This document shows, in pieces, positions 29,103-36,730 of a DNA stretch of 44,262 bases. The notes under the pieces were generated by a model. That model saw only the letters and a list, made by a program, of their open reading frames with translations. It was not told where the DNA came from and did not search any database. Source of the DNA: Pseudonocardiaceae bacterium. Lineage in GTDB: Bacteria > Actinomycetota > Actinomycetes > Mycobacteriales > Pseudonocardiaceae. The translations under genes were made by a program, and so were the position numbers. How positions within the stretch are numbered: the first letter of the stretch is position 1; every line of letters begins with the position of its first letter. The stretch covers positions 1 through 44,262 of the forward strand of contig DASQVB010000492.1 of NCBI GenBank assembly GCA_035640975.1. Reading direction: 5' to 3'.

Positions 29103-29131
29103 ACTGTAGAGGAAACTCTACCCAGGGTCAA
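29103..29131 (-). promoter_or_regulatory. promoter: TTGACC-N17-TACAGT
   Basis: Plus strand reads ACTGTA at 29103..29108 and GGTCAA at 29126..29131. Overlaps the 3' end of the upstream 60-aa gene. Confidence 0.55.
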
Positions 29132-29300
29132 GCGTGCCGTCAGGCTTCTGCACCCTCAAACGCTCGTAAGCCTCCATGATGATCTCAAGTGCCTCGTCGC
29201 GTGGCAGCAGGCGGCCGTGTTGCCACAGCTCCACGCGCGGGCGGCCCAGGAAGATGTCCAGCGCCAGGATGAAATGCCCGCTGGTGACGGGCGTCGGCAT
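29118..29300 (-). CDS. hypothetical protein (60 aa)
   Basis: Trimmed to ATG 29300 (TGATG overlap). Confidence 0.45.
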   Translation of the reverse strand: MPTPVTSGHFILALDIFLGRPRVELWQHGRLLPRDEALEIIMEAYERLRVQKPDGTLDPG

Positions 29301-29551
29301 CAGTCGGGATCGTCGAGCTGCTCGTCGTCGTCGCACTCACCGGGCTCGTCAGCGGCGGTGTCGTCGTCGTCCAGGCTCGCGAGAACGAGGCACGCCGCCG
29401 CCTCGTTGGCGTCGTCGTCCTCGACGTCGGGCAGTGACACAACGTCGATGAGGTCTGATCGGGGGTGTGGGGCGCGAACGTGCTCAAGCGCGATCCCGTC
29501 GCGGCTCAGCAGGTCATCCGAGGGAGTCCAGAGGTCTTCGATGCTGGGCAT
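29300..29551 (-). CDS. hyper-acidic protein (83 aa; 21 Asp + 7 Glu, 3 Arg, no Lys)
   Basis: Trimmed to ATG 29551 (SD GAGAGGA). Residue counts made by hand from the translation. Confidence 0.55.
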   Translation of the reverse strand: MPSIEDLWTPSDDLLSRDGIALEHVRAPHPRSDLIDVVSLPDVEDDDANEAAACLVLASLDDDDTAADEPGECDDDEQLDDPD

Positions 29552-29562
29552 GGGTCGTCCTC

Positions 29563-30396
29563 TCAGCCGGGGTAGTCCATGCTGGCCACGCCGTGAATCT
29601 CGCGCGGCGAGCGGGTGCGAGCTGCGATGCATCCGCCGTTGCTCTGTGAGCCGTGCGGGCCGAAGGACGTGTTTCCTTCGACGGTTCGGGCGGACCCATC
29701 GGGCAGCGCTTGCACGAGCATTCCGACGTGCACGCCGAAGCCGCCGATGACGACAAACGAACCGGGCAGCGCACCGCGGACGTTGCTCTGCCAACGGCCA
29801 TAGGGCTTGTGGCCGGCGCGGGCGTGTCGTTCGATCGCGGCAACGCTCGCGACATCGGACGCCAGGTCCATGCCTCCGAAGCGCTCGGCGTGGTAGCCGG
29901 CGGAGATCCCGCACCACGGAACGCGGCCGAAGCCGAAGTAGGCTTCCATGACGCTGATGATGCCGCCGCCGTTTGAGCCGGCCGGGTTCTCACGCGTGCC
30001 GACCTTGGCAAGGAACGCGTGGACGGCGCGTGAACGCGCAGACTTGTGCTGGCGCTGCGCCTGCTTGCGCTTGCTGCGCATCCGCGACATGCGAGCCTTC
30101 CCGCGGCTCTTCTGCTGATCGGTGCGGCGGCCCGGGTTGAGGATCATCAGCTGCACACCGACCGGGATCACGCCGTCTCGGGTGATCGACTCGTAGGTCT
30201 CGCTGCGCGCACCGAGCGCCCACGCGACCTTGCGAACGGCGGCAAGCGTTCGGAGCCCAACAACGCCGTCCTCCTCCAGGGTGAGCGCCTCCAGGCCGCG
30301 GCTTCGCAGCCGGCGATTCGTGGCCGCCTGAAGCTTCCGCGCGGCCTCGCTTCGGTCACCGTGCCTGAGCACGTGCTTTTCAGGAGAGTGTGCCAT
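29563..30396 (-). CDS. endolysin: peptidoglycan-binding domain plus CHAP/NlpC-like peptidase
   Basis: Trimmed to ATG 30396 (TAATG overlap with the holin). PG_binding_1-like LRHGDRSEAARKLQ..EDGVVGLRTLAAV. CHAP-like PWCGISAGY ... VHVGMLV..TVEGNTS. Confidence 0.8.
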   Translation of the reverse strand: MAHSPEKHVLRHGDRSEAARKLQAATNRRLRSRGLEALTLEEDGVVGLRTLAAVRKVAWALGARSETYESITRDGVIPVGVQLMILNPGRRTDQQKSRGKARMSRMRSKRKQAQRQHKSARSRAVHAFLAKVGTRENPAGSNGGGIISVMEAYFGFGRVPWCGISAGYHAERFGGMDLASDVASVAAIERHARAGHKPYGRWQSNVRGALPGSFVVIGGFGVHVGMLVQALPDGSARTVEGNTSFGPHGSQSNGGCIAARTRSPREIHGVASMDYPG

Positions 30397-30635
30397 TAGC
30401 GCTTGACCGCGGGCTTCTTGACCGCGGGCTTCTTGGCGGGGCTGGATACATCGCGCTTGCCAAAGCCCCCCGTGAAGGCGAGCAGGACGCCGGCCTCGAT
30501 CCACAGCGCGGTCTCCTTGGGGATGTCGACGCCGAGCTGGTGGGCAATGTAGGTGGCCACTGCGGCAATCGTGCCGGTGCCCAGCGCGGCGAGCATCTTC
30601 GGCGTGGGCTTCAGGGAGGAGGAGGGAGCAGCCAT
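30396..30635 (-). CDS. holin (putative, 2 TM plus basic tail)
   Basis: 79 aa with two hydrophobic helices and a KKPAVKKPAVKR tail, immediately upstream of and coupled to the endolysin. Confidence 0.55.
   Translation of the reverse strand: MAAPSSSLKPTPKMLAALGTGTIAAVATYIAHQLGVDIPKETALWIEAGVLLAFTGGFGKRDVSSPAKKPAVKKPAVKR
30405..30434 (-). repeat. 15-bp tandem duplication (GACCGCGGGCTTCTT x2) encoding KKPAV-KKPAV
   Basis: Read directly. Confidence 0.85.
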
Positions 30636-30771
30636 GCGGTCCTTTCAGGGCGGGGTGGACTGAGCCTACGCCCTTGAGCAGTCAGAAAGATAGGCGCCCG
30701 CCAGCCCGCAGGACCACTAGCGAGCTGACGGGCCGCGTGACCCAAGGTACCCGCCAGTGATGGCGGCCACC

Positions 30772-30814
30772 GTCCAAACCACAAAGGCCCGCCGCCAGAA
30801 GTGGCGACGGGCCT
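30772..30814 (-). terminator. intrinsic terminator upstream of the holin-endolysin pair
   Basis: Minus strand: 13-bp stem (one G-U pair) AGGCCCGTCGCCA / TGGCGGCGGGCCT, loop CTTC, tail TTGTGGTTTGG. Confidence 0.6.
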
Positions 30815-30823
30815 CCAGCACTG

Positions 30824-31018
30824 CTACTCGCCCAGTAGCAGCTCGGCCGCCCGAACGATGTCCCACTGCTCCATTTCAGAAGGATGGGCGCTGAGCTCGG
30901 CGGCGCGGCGGGCGGGCGTGGCGGCGAAGAAGCAGGCGGTGCACAAGGCGCCGTAGCGAGCGGGGCGCCTGCACCCCGGCGCGTCACAGCACTGGTCCTG
31001 GCGCACCTTGCAGCTCAC
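30824..31018 (-). CDS. Cys-rich small protein (64 aa), GTG start
   Basis: VSCKVRQDQCCDAPGCRRPARYGALCTACF... GTGA overlap with the upstream 47-aa ORF. Confidence 0.5.
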   Translation of the reverse strand: MSCKVRQDQCCDAPGCRRPARYGALCTACFFAATPARRAAELSAHPSEMEQWDIVRAAELLLGE

Positions 31019-31158
31019 AACTTCGCCGCCGGCCGGGGGGAGGAGACGGCCGACGGCGAAGCAACCACAAGCCCCGGCTTCGTGAGACCCTTCGAAAGCG
31101 CCGCCAGGGGGGCGTGCGGCGATAGGCGATGGGTCTCGGCAACGCGGGGGGTGAGCAT
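31015..31158 (-). CDS. hypothetical 47-aa protein (absent from ORF track)
   Basis: SD GGAAGGA 9 nt upstream of ATG 31158. Hand translation MLTPRVAETHRLSPHAPLAALSKGLTKPGLVVASPSAVSSPRPAAKL*, GC3-rich. The stop overlaps the next GTG (GTGA). Confidence 0.4.
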   Translation of the reverse strand: MLTPRVAETHRLSPHAPLAALSKGLTKPGLVVASPSAVSSPRPAAKL

Positions 31159-31197
31159 CGGGTGGTCCTTCCGATGGTGGTCCGTGTAGGGAAAACC

Positions 31198-31225
31198 ACT
31201 CTACGCCTTTTCAGGAGTAGGACAA
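31198..31225 (-). promoter_or_regulatory. candidate promoter TTGTCC-N16-TAGAGT
   Basis: In the relatively AT-rich 93-nt gap 31159..31251. Weak -35. Confidence 0.25.
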
Positions 31226-31251
31226 GTACGACATTCGTCTAGGTGTAGGTT

Positions 31252-31938
31252 TCATCCGCAGATCCGCAGTAGGTTGAGCAGCGTTGCCAGGTTCGACGTG
31301 CAGAGACCCGTCAACAGGCCGCCGACCTTCTGCTCAAGCCCCGCCAAGCGATTGTCCAAACCATCGACCACGGCGCTGTCCACACTGTCGCCCGCCTTGC
31401 CAGGCGGTCCCCGCAGTCCCTGCGGTCCCCGGGGACCGACCACACTCCGGCCGCGCGGTCCCCGTAGTCCGGGGGCGCCCGGGCGCCCATCAATCGCCGG
31501 CCGTGGAGTGGTCAACTGGCGCCGGGTCTTGCGTCGTGGAGGAGCAGGCACAATCTGTCCCTCGGTCACGGTCAGCACCCGTCGTACCGTGGCCGTGAAC
31601 TGCTCGCGGCACTCCGCGGTGCGGGCGCATACACGCAGGGCCTCGCGCGATAGCCGGGCCAGGTCAGCGGCGCTTGGGGACTCAAGCTTTATCAACCGGA
31701 CCAACAGGGCGGTGTTCTCACGCAGTCGCTCTTCGCGCTGCTCGGCCAGCCCCTCCCGGTTGAGGTGGCTCACGTATACGACGGACCCGAACAGTAGGCC
31801 GAGTGCCACCGCGCCGATCACTACGTGCACGCCCGTGAAGCGAACAGGTCGCTGGAGATGGCGCCAGGTCAGGGCGAGCACCATCCCGCCGGCGACGACG
31901 ACGACGCCTAGAAGCCACCACCACGGTAGGCCGAACAT
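31252..31938 (-). CDS. membrane-anchored collagen-like-repeat protein
   Basis: 228 aa with two N-terminal TM helices (LPWWWLLGVVVVAGGMVLAL; VHVVIGAVALGLLFGSVVYV) and a coiled coil. G-X-Y run GRPGAPGLRGPRG..GPRGPQGLRGPPGKAGD (nt 31390..31488), then a fibre-like C-terminus. Confidence 0.6.
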   Translation of the reverse strand: MFGLPWWWLLGVVVVAGGMVLALTWRHLQRPVRFTGVHVVIGAVALGLLFGSVVYVSHLNREGLAEQREERLRENTALLVRLIKLESPSAADLARLSREALRVCARTAECREQFTATVRRVLTVTEGQIVPAPPRRKTRRQLTTPRPAIDGRPGAPGLRGPRGRSVVGPRGPQGLRGPPGKAGDSVDSAVVDGLDNRLAGLEQKVGGLLTGLCTSNLATLLNLLRICG

Positions 31939-31939
31939 C

Positions 31940-32170
31940 TCAGTTCCAGGGCTGGGTCGTCAGGAGCGCCACAATGATGGGAGTCAAGCAGCCCGTCATA
32001 ATGAGGATCCACGGGGGTCCGCGATCCTCACCCTTCGCCGTGACAGCGGGCACTATCAGCGACTTCAGCCACTCGATGTCGTCTTTCATCTGCTGCCATA
32101 CCGCTGGCCCCCAATCGCCCATGTCCTCATCATCCTCTTCTTGTTTCGTGCCGTCGTCCGTGATGGGCAT
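31940..32170 (-). CDS. small protein with acidic N-terminus and C-terminal TM helix
   Basis: 76 aa; hydrophobic stretch PWILIMTGCLTPIIVALLTT. Confidence 0.5.
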   Translation of the reverse strand: MPITDDGTKQEEDDEDMGDWGPAVWQQMKDDIEWLKSLIVPAVTAKGEDRGPPWILIMTGCLTPIIVALLTTQPWN

Positions 32171-32204
32171 GGTGCCCGAAGCCTACGCGGGATAACGGTC
32201 GGCG

Positions 32205-33158
32205 CTAGAGATGGCGAACGGTGTACCGCTTGAGATAGGACTTGCTGACCTGGGAGCGGGGGATCCAGCCCGCACCGCCGCCAGGGTTGCTCTCGCTGGT
32301 GCCGAAGAACTTTCCACCGATCGACATGAGCACATGCTTGTGGTCGGCATATACGACCACACCCTTGCCATCCCCAGCCCCCGGCTTGCCCCACTTCATG
32401 AACTGGCCCGACACGCGCGGATTGATTCCCAGCACCGCCGACACGGCCCCCGAACAGTCCAGGGGGCCTGTCGACTTCGGGTCGACCTTGCCGCCATGGC
32501 CGCCGCCCCACAGGTAGGGCAGGCGCTTGCGGTCGATCGTCTGCGCGCGCTGCATGAACTCGCTGATCGCGGCGTTGCCGAGCTGCTCGCCGACTGCCAC
32601 CTTCTGCTCGGGAGCCACGCGCTGGGGGGCCTTCACGTTCGCCAGGCCCGAGCCGAGACCCGCCAGCGCGCCGGGCTGGCCGCGCACCGCCAGGTATTGA
32701 CCGAGAAGCTGTCGGCGCTGATCGAGCACGGATGGTCCCGACATCTGCGCCGTCTGAGCGGGAGCGGGCGACACGCCCGGGATCGTGGGTCCACCCATGC
32801 GGCCCATGAGCTTGTCGGCCTGCTCTGACACCTGTGCATAGCGGCCCCGGTACTGCGCCGCCGGGCGCTGGACCGCCGCGGCGAGCTGCCCGGCCGAGCC
32901 GTACTTGCCCTTCACGGCGCCCGTCTCCTGAAAGAAGCGATCCACGCTGGCATCCAGGTTCGTCGGGTCCCTGTACAGCGAGGCACGTTCCTGGCGCCAG
33001 CCCGCCGAATCCCGATCGCCACCCGACAGATTGCGCAAACCCGACTCCACGATGCCCGTCTGGATCGCGGCCTTGACCTCCTTCGGGGAAGCGTTGTTGC
33101 GCCTCGCCCCGCGCTTGATCGCGGACAGCACCTTGCGCTGCTCGGCGGTAAGGGCCAC
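32205..33158 (-). CDS. virion-associated peptidoglycan hydrolase (transglycosylase-like N-domain plus NlpC/P60 C-domain)
   Basis: GTG start. GIVESGLRNLSGGDRDSAGWRQER is a lytic-transglycosylase-like motif. YLWGGGH..GPLDCSGAVSAVLG..ADHKHVLMSIGG is NlpC/P60-like. Confidence 0.65.
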   Translation of the reverse strand: MALTAEQRKVLSAIKRGARRNNASPKEVKAAIQTGIVESGLRNLSGGDRDSAGWRQERASLYRDPTNLDASVDRFFQETGAVKGKYGSAGQLAAAVQRPAAQYRGRYAQVSEQADKLMGRMGGPTIPGVSPAPAQTAQMSGPSVLDQRRQLLGQYLAVRGQPGALAGLGSGLANVKAPQRVAPEQKVAVGEQLGNAAISEFMQRAQTIDRKRLPYLWGGGHGGKVDPKSTGPLDCSGAVSAVLGINPRVSGQFMKWGKPGAGDGKGVVVYADHKHVLMSIGGKFFGTSESNPGGGAGWIPRSQVSKSYLKRYTVRHL

Positions 33159-33263
33159 TCAGATCATCTCCAGCACGATCAACAACAGCCCCGCCAAAAA
33201 CAGCGCGACGAACACGGCGCCTAGCAACGCCACGCCCCAGGCGGCCAGGTCCCCCCAGCTCAC
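33159..33263 (-). CDS. 34-aa hydrophobic peptide (absent from ORF track)
   Basis: GTG 33263 overlaps the stop of the 1155-aa gene (GTGA). Sequence VSWGDLAAWGVALLGAVFVALFLAGLLLIVLEMI*. Confidence 0.4.
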   Translation of the reverse strand: MSWGDLAAWGVALLGAVFVALFLAGLLLIVLEMI

Positions 33264-36200
33264 GGCAGGCCGCCCAGTGCTTCGTCGAGTGCGCGGTCCA
33301 CGCTCGAACCACCCGACAGCGCCGCGTCCAGCGCGGCGTCCACGCTGTTGCGCGATGTGCGAGCACGAGCCTTCGGCTTCGGCGGTGACGTGGGATTCAC
33401 CGGGTTGAGGGTCTGCGGTCCCTTCTCCGCCACACGTTTGACAATCGACAGCAGCGGCACGGTCGCTTCCGCGAACGACTTGGCGGCGGCCCCCGCCTTG
33501 CCGAGCGTGTCCATGTCCGTCCCATCCTTGTTGCGCAGCTGCGCGCCCTTCCAGTCCTCGCCTTTGAACGCGGCCAGGATGCCGGAGTACTGCGGCAGCA
33601 CTGCCTTCGCGGCCGTGTCGAGTGGGTCGCCGAACGCGCCGAACGGGGTGTAGCGATGTGGTGCGCGCTGGTGGCGCCCTTCGCCCAAGGGAATCGAGCC
33701 CTGAAGGAACCCCGGTACGGCCTCCTCGATGAACAGGTCCAGGCCGCGTTCCTTGCGCCACTCGTCGGTCCACTGCTCGCTGGCGGCGATCAGGCCCGTC
33801 ACCGTGGGATGGTCGCGGGGCAGCACATCGAAGACGAACTTGATGGCGTTCAAGGTCCACGGGATGAAGGGCGTGTACATCGTGATAGCCCAGCGCGTGC
33901 CTGCGTTGAAACCCGCGTACTTGCCGTACATGCGCTCCACGCTGCGCGCCAGGGCGGCCTGCTCGTTGGTGTTCGTCAAGCCCCGGGCCGCCTGCTCCAC
34001 CGCCCTCTGAGACAGCCGGGGCAGATCATTGTCCATCAGCGGCGACTCGCGCAGCGCCCTGCCCAGCATCGCGGTCTGGTAGCCGGACTCCATGCGGCCG
34101 TTGAGCTGGCGAAACACCAGATCGGTCCAACGATTCCACACCAGCGCGGCGTGCTTGGGGCCGGGCGTCTGCCAGAACTTCGACAGGCCACGTGCGAGGG
34201 GCTCAAGGCTTGTGCCCTGAAACTGCTCGGCGCCGCGGCGGACATGCAACGTATCCGCTGACCTGAAGTGGCCACCGCCGACAGCGCGCGCCCGAAGCTC
34301 CTGACCCAGGCGGGGACTCAGCGCATCCACTTCCCTCAGGACCCTTTTGCCCAGCCGGTATGAGCTTGGCCCGGCGCCGGCGAGGGCGGTGCGAAGGTTC
34401 GCCTCGATCAGGTTGCCCGCCATCCATGACGGTGACGTGGACAGCACCGTGCGCCGGAACGCCTGGCCGATCAACTGGCCGGACTTGGCCACTGGCCCCG
34501 TGCCCATCTTGGCCATGTGCGCTGCGAACTCGTCAGCCGCCGCACGCGGGATCAATGCCCATGGGCCGGGTCCGTCCTCGCCCTTGAAAGCGCCCTCTAG
34601 GGCTTCGCGCACCGGCTGAAGATGGCCGAGCTGCTGATCGAGGCCCTCACCGCCCGCGCTATCCAGCAGCTTTTGCAACTGCTCCTGCCTACCGGCAAAG
34701 GGCTGGAGGCGCACCGGGCGGTACTCAACGCCCGTCTGGGCGCTGAGCTCGCGGGCCTTGGCGTCCGCGTCGCGCTTGGTTTTCAGCTTGCCCATCGATG
34801 GCTTGTGCGCGAACTCCCCGACCGAACGCGTGAAGCCTTCGGCCGCATCGATCAAGCCCTGAGCACGAGCCGCACCCTCAACCAGAACGTCAGGACCGGC
34901 ATCAAACGTGCCTTTCACCGTGGCCGAGCCGGTGCGCGTCGACCCCGGAATCGACGGCGACTTGTCCGACGGCACGAAGAACGCGTTGCCGGGACTCGGC
35001 GACTGCGTGACATACGCCGGCTCAGGTACCCCGTGTGCCTTCATGTGCGCGCGGATGCCCTTCGAGCGCAGCGGCTTGCCGGTCCTCGCGTCCACAGGTC
35101 CCTCGTCGGTGACCTTCGCACCCATCTTGCGCACCGCGTACGGCACGAGCTTCGCCTTGTCTGCCGACGCGGCCGGTAGAAGACCACGCTCCACGAGGGC
35201 GCGCTGACGCGGCTCGATGATCGCCTTGTACGCCTCAGCGGCGGAACGCAGTGCGGCCGGGTCGGGCCGAGCGTCGATCGCCTTCTGGATCTCACCCTGA
35301 AGTCGACGGTTCACCTTACGGCCCGCGGCACTCAAGCCCTCGTACTGCGCGGCGATCTCGCCCTTGTACCGCGCCATGTCGCCGGGCGTGGCGTCCGTGA
35401 TGTTCTGCACCGCCAGGGTCGTGGCAGCAGTCGCCTTCTGACGCCGGCCACGCTCCGGTGGCTGGGTCGGTGCCACCGGCTCGGCGAGCTGCAGCTTCGC
35501 CAGGGCCTTGGACTCCCGGCCGACGGGCCTGGCCACCTCCGCCGCCGCTTCGGCCAGCACCCCCGGGGCCTGCCTGACCGAAGCGCGCGGGGAGATCGCC
35601 TCCCGGACCTCCTGGCCCACCTTCACGCGGTTCTCGCGGCGCACCAGCTCGTTGACCGCCACGCGCTCGGACGCCCGCTTGCGTATCTCGCGCTCGGACA
35701 GGCGCGTCGGGTCCACCCGGTCAGCCTGGGAACGCAACTCGTCGATGCGATCGGCGTGCCTGCCCGGATCGCGCTTCTCCAGCGCGTTCGCTTCCGCCCG
35801 GGCACGCGCGGCCCTCTGGGTGCGGTTGCGCTCGGTCATCTTCTGACCGGCGCGCGTGAACGCATCCTTGGAATAGGCGCGCGGCTGCTCGATATCGGTT
35901 CCCGGCACGGTCGCGGGAGGACGCGTTGTCGGCCGCTTGCCCGCCACTCGCTGAGCCCGCGTGACCCCACGACCGACCGTGCCCTTCGCGCCCGCGACCT
36001 CCACTGCCGTGAATCCCGGGTGCTCCTTGGCCAGCTTGACCGCGCGGCCCGCCGCCTTCTTGGCGCCCTTCGTGTCGCCCGTCACGCCCTTCACCACGGC
36101 TTCGCCCGCGGCGTACAACGGATCGGAGCGCTTGATGTCCTTGCCAAGCTGCCTCAACCGTTCGGGCCTGCCGCGTGCGGCCTCCACCGCCCCGGCGATC

Positions 36201-36727
36201 GGCACGTACAGCGACGGGATCGCCTGAGCGGGCAGGTTGATGATGTCCTTGGCGAAACGCTCCTCCAGACCACCCAGACCGGGGATGATGCCGGCCACCT
36301 TCTTGACCACCTTGAACTGGGGGTTCTTCGTGACCTCCTTGGCCAGCTTGCCGGACAGCTTCACCGCTTGGCCACGGCCCTCAAGCTCACGCTTCAGGCC
36401 ATCCGCGCCGCGCTTGCGCTTGACGACGACGGTGCCCTTCAAGATGTCCCCGGTCTCCGCTGACCTGGGGGCCAGGGTCCTGCGCTTGGCCTCCACCTGA
36501 GCGGCGAGGCGGTTGCGCGATGCCTGCTCGCTGATCGTGCGCGCCGGCCTTGGCTTGGCCTTCACGACGAGGCTCTTGGGCTTCTTTCGCCCCTGCGGCG
36601 GGCGAGCCCTCACCTTCGGAGTGCTCTTGGACGTGGCAATGCGGCGAAGGTCGCCGGAGACCTTCGCGCCCTTGATCGGCTTGAGGTCCTTCAGCGTCCC
36701 GCCACCGCCGCTGATCCGCGACGCCAT
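33260..36727 (-). CDS. large internal virion/ejection protein or tape-measure-like protein (1155 aa)
   Basis: The largest ORF, basic and helical. It lies after the fibre genes and two other Ala/Gln-rich proteins, as in T7-like gp14-16 order. Confidence 0.55.
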   Translation of the reverse strand: MASRISGGGGTLKDLKPIKGAKVSGDLRRIATSKSTPKVRARPPQGRKKPKSLVVKAKPRPARTISEQASRNRLAAQVEAKRRTLAPRSAETGDILKGTVVVKRKRGADGLKRELEGRGQAVKLSGKLAKEVTKNPQFKVVKKVAGIIPGLGGLEERFAKDIINLPAQAIPSLYVPIAGAVEAARGRPERLRQLGKDIKRSDPLYAAGEAVVKGVTGDTKGAKKAAGRAVKLAKEHPGFTAVEVAGAKGTVGRGVTRAQRVAGKRPTTRPPATVPGTDIEQPRAYSKDAFTRAGQKMTERNRTQRAARARAEANALEKRDPGRHADRIDELRSQADRVDPTRLSEREIRKRASERVAVNELVRRENRVKVGQEVREAISPRASVRQAPGVLAEAAAEVARPVGRESKALAKLQLAEPVAPTQPPERGRRQKATAATTLAVQNITDATPGDMARYKGEIAAQYEGLSAAGRKVNRRLQGEIQKAIDARPDPAALRSAAEAYKAIIEPRQRALVERGLLPAASADKAKLVPYAVRKMGAKVTDEGPVDARTGKPLRSKGIRAHMKAHGVPEPAYVTQSPSPGNAFFVPSDKSPSIPGSTRTGSATVKGTFDAGPDVLVEGAARAQGLIDAAEGFTRSVGEFAHKPSMGKLKTKRDADAKARELSAQTGVEYRPVRLQPFAGRQEQLQKLLDSAGGEGLDQQLGHLQPVREALEGAFKGEDGPGPWALIPRAAADEFAAHMAKMGTGPVAKSGQLIGQAFRRTVLSTSPSWMAGNLIEANLRTALAGAGPSSYRLGKRVLREVDALSPRLGQELRARAVGGGHFRSADTLHVRRGAEQFQGTSLEPLARGLSKFWQTPGPKHAALVWNRWTDLVFRQLNGRMESGYQTAMLGRALRESPLMDNDLPRLSQRAVEQAARGLTNTNEQAALARSVERMYGKYAGFNAGTRWAITMYTPFIPWTLNAIKFVFDVLPRDHPTVTGLIAASEQWTDEWRKERGLDLFIEEAVPGFLQGSIPLGEGRHQRAPHRYTPFGAFGDPLDTAAKAVLPQYSGILAAFKGEDWKGAQLRNKDGTDMDTLGKAGAAAKSFAEATVPLLSIVKRVAEKGPQTLNPVNPTSPPKPKARARTSRNSVDAALDAALSGGSSVDRALDEALGGLP

Positions 36728-36730
36728 GGG

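Noticed and set aside
33260-36727. Calling the 1155-aa ORF a siphovirus tape-measure protein.
   Set aside because: No major tail protein, frameshifted chaperone pair or Dit/Tal genes flank it, and the fibre genes precede it. A podovirus-type internal/ejection protein fits the synteny better, so the call is kept ambiguous.
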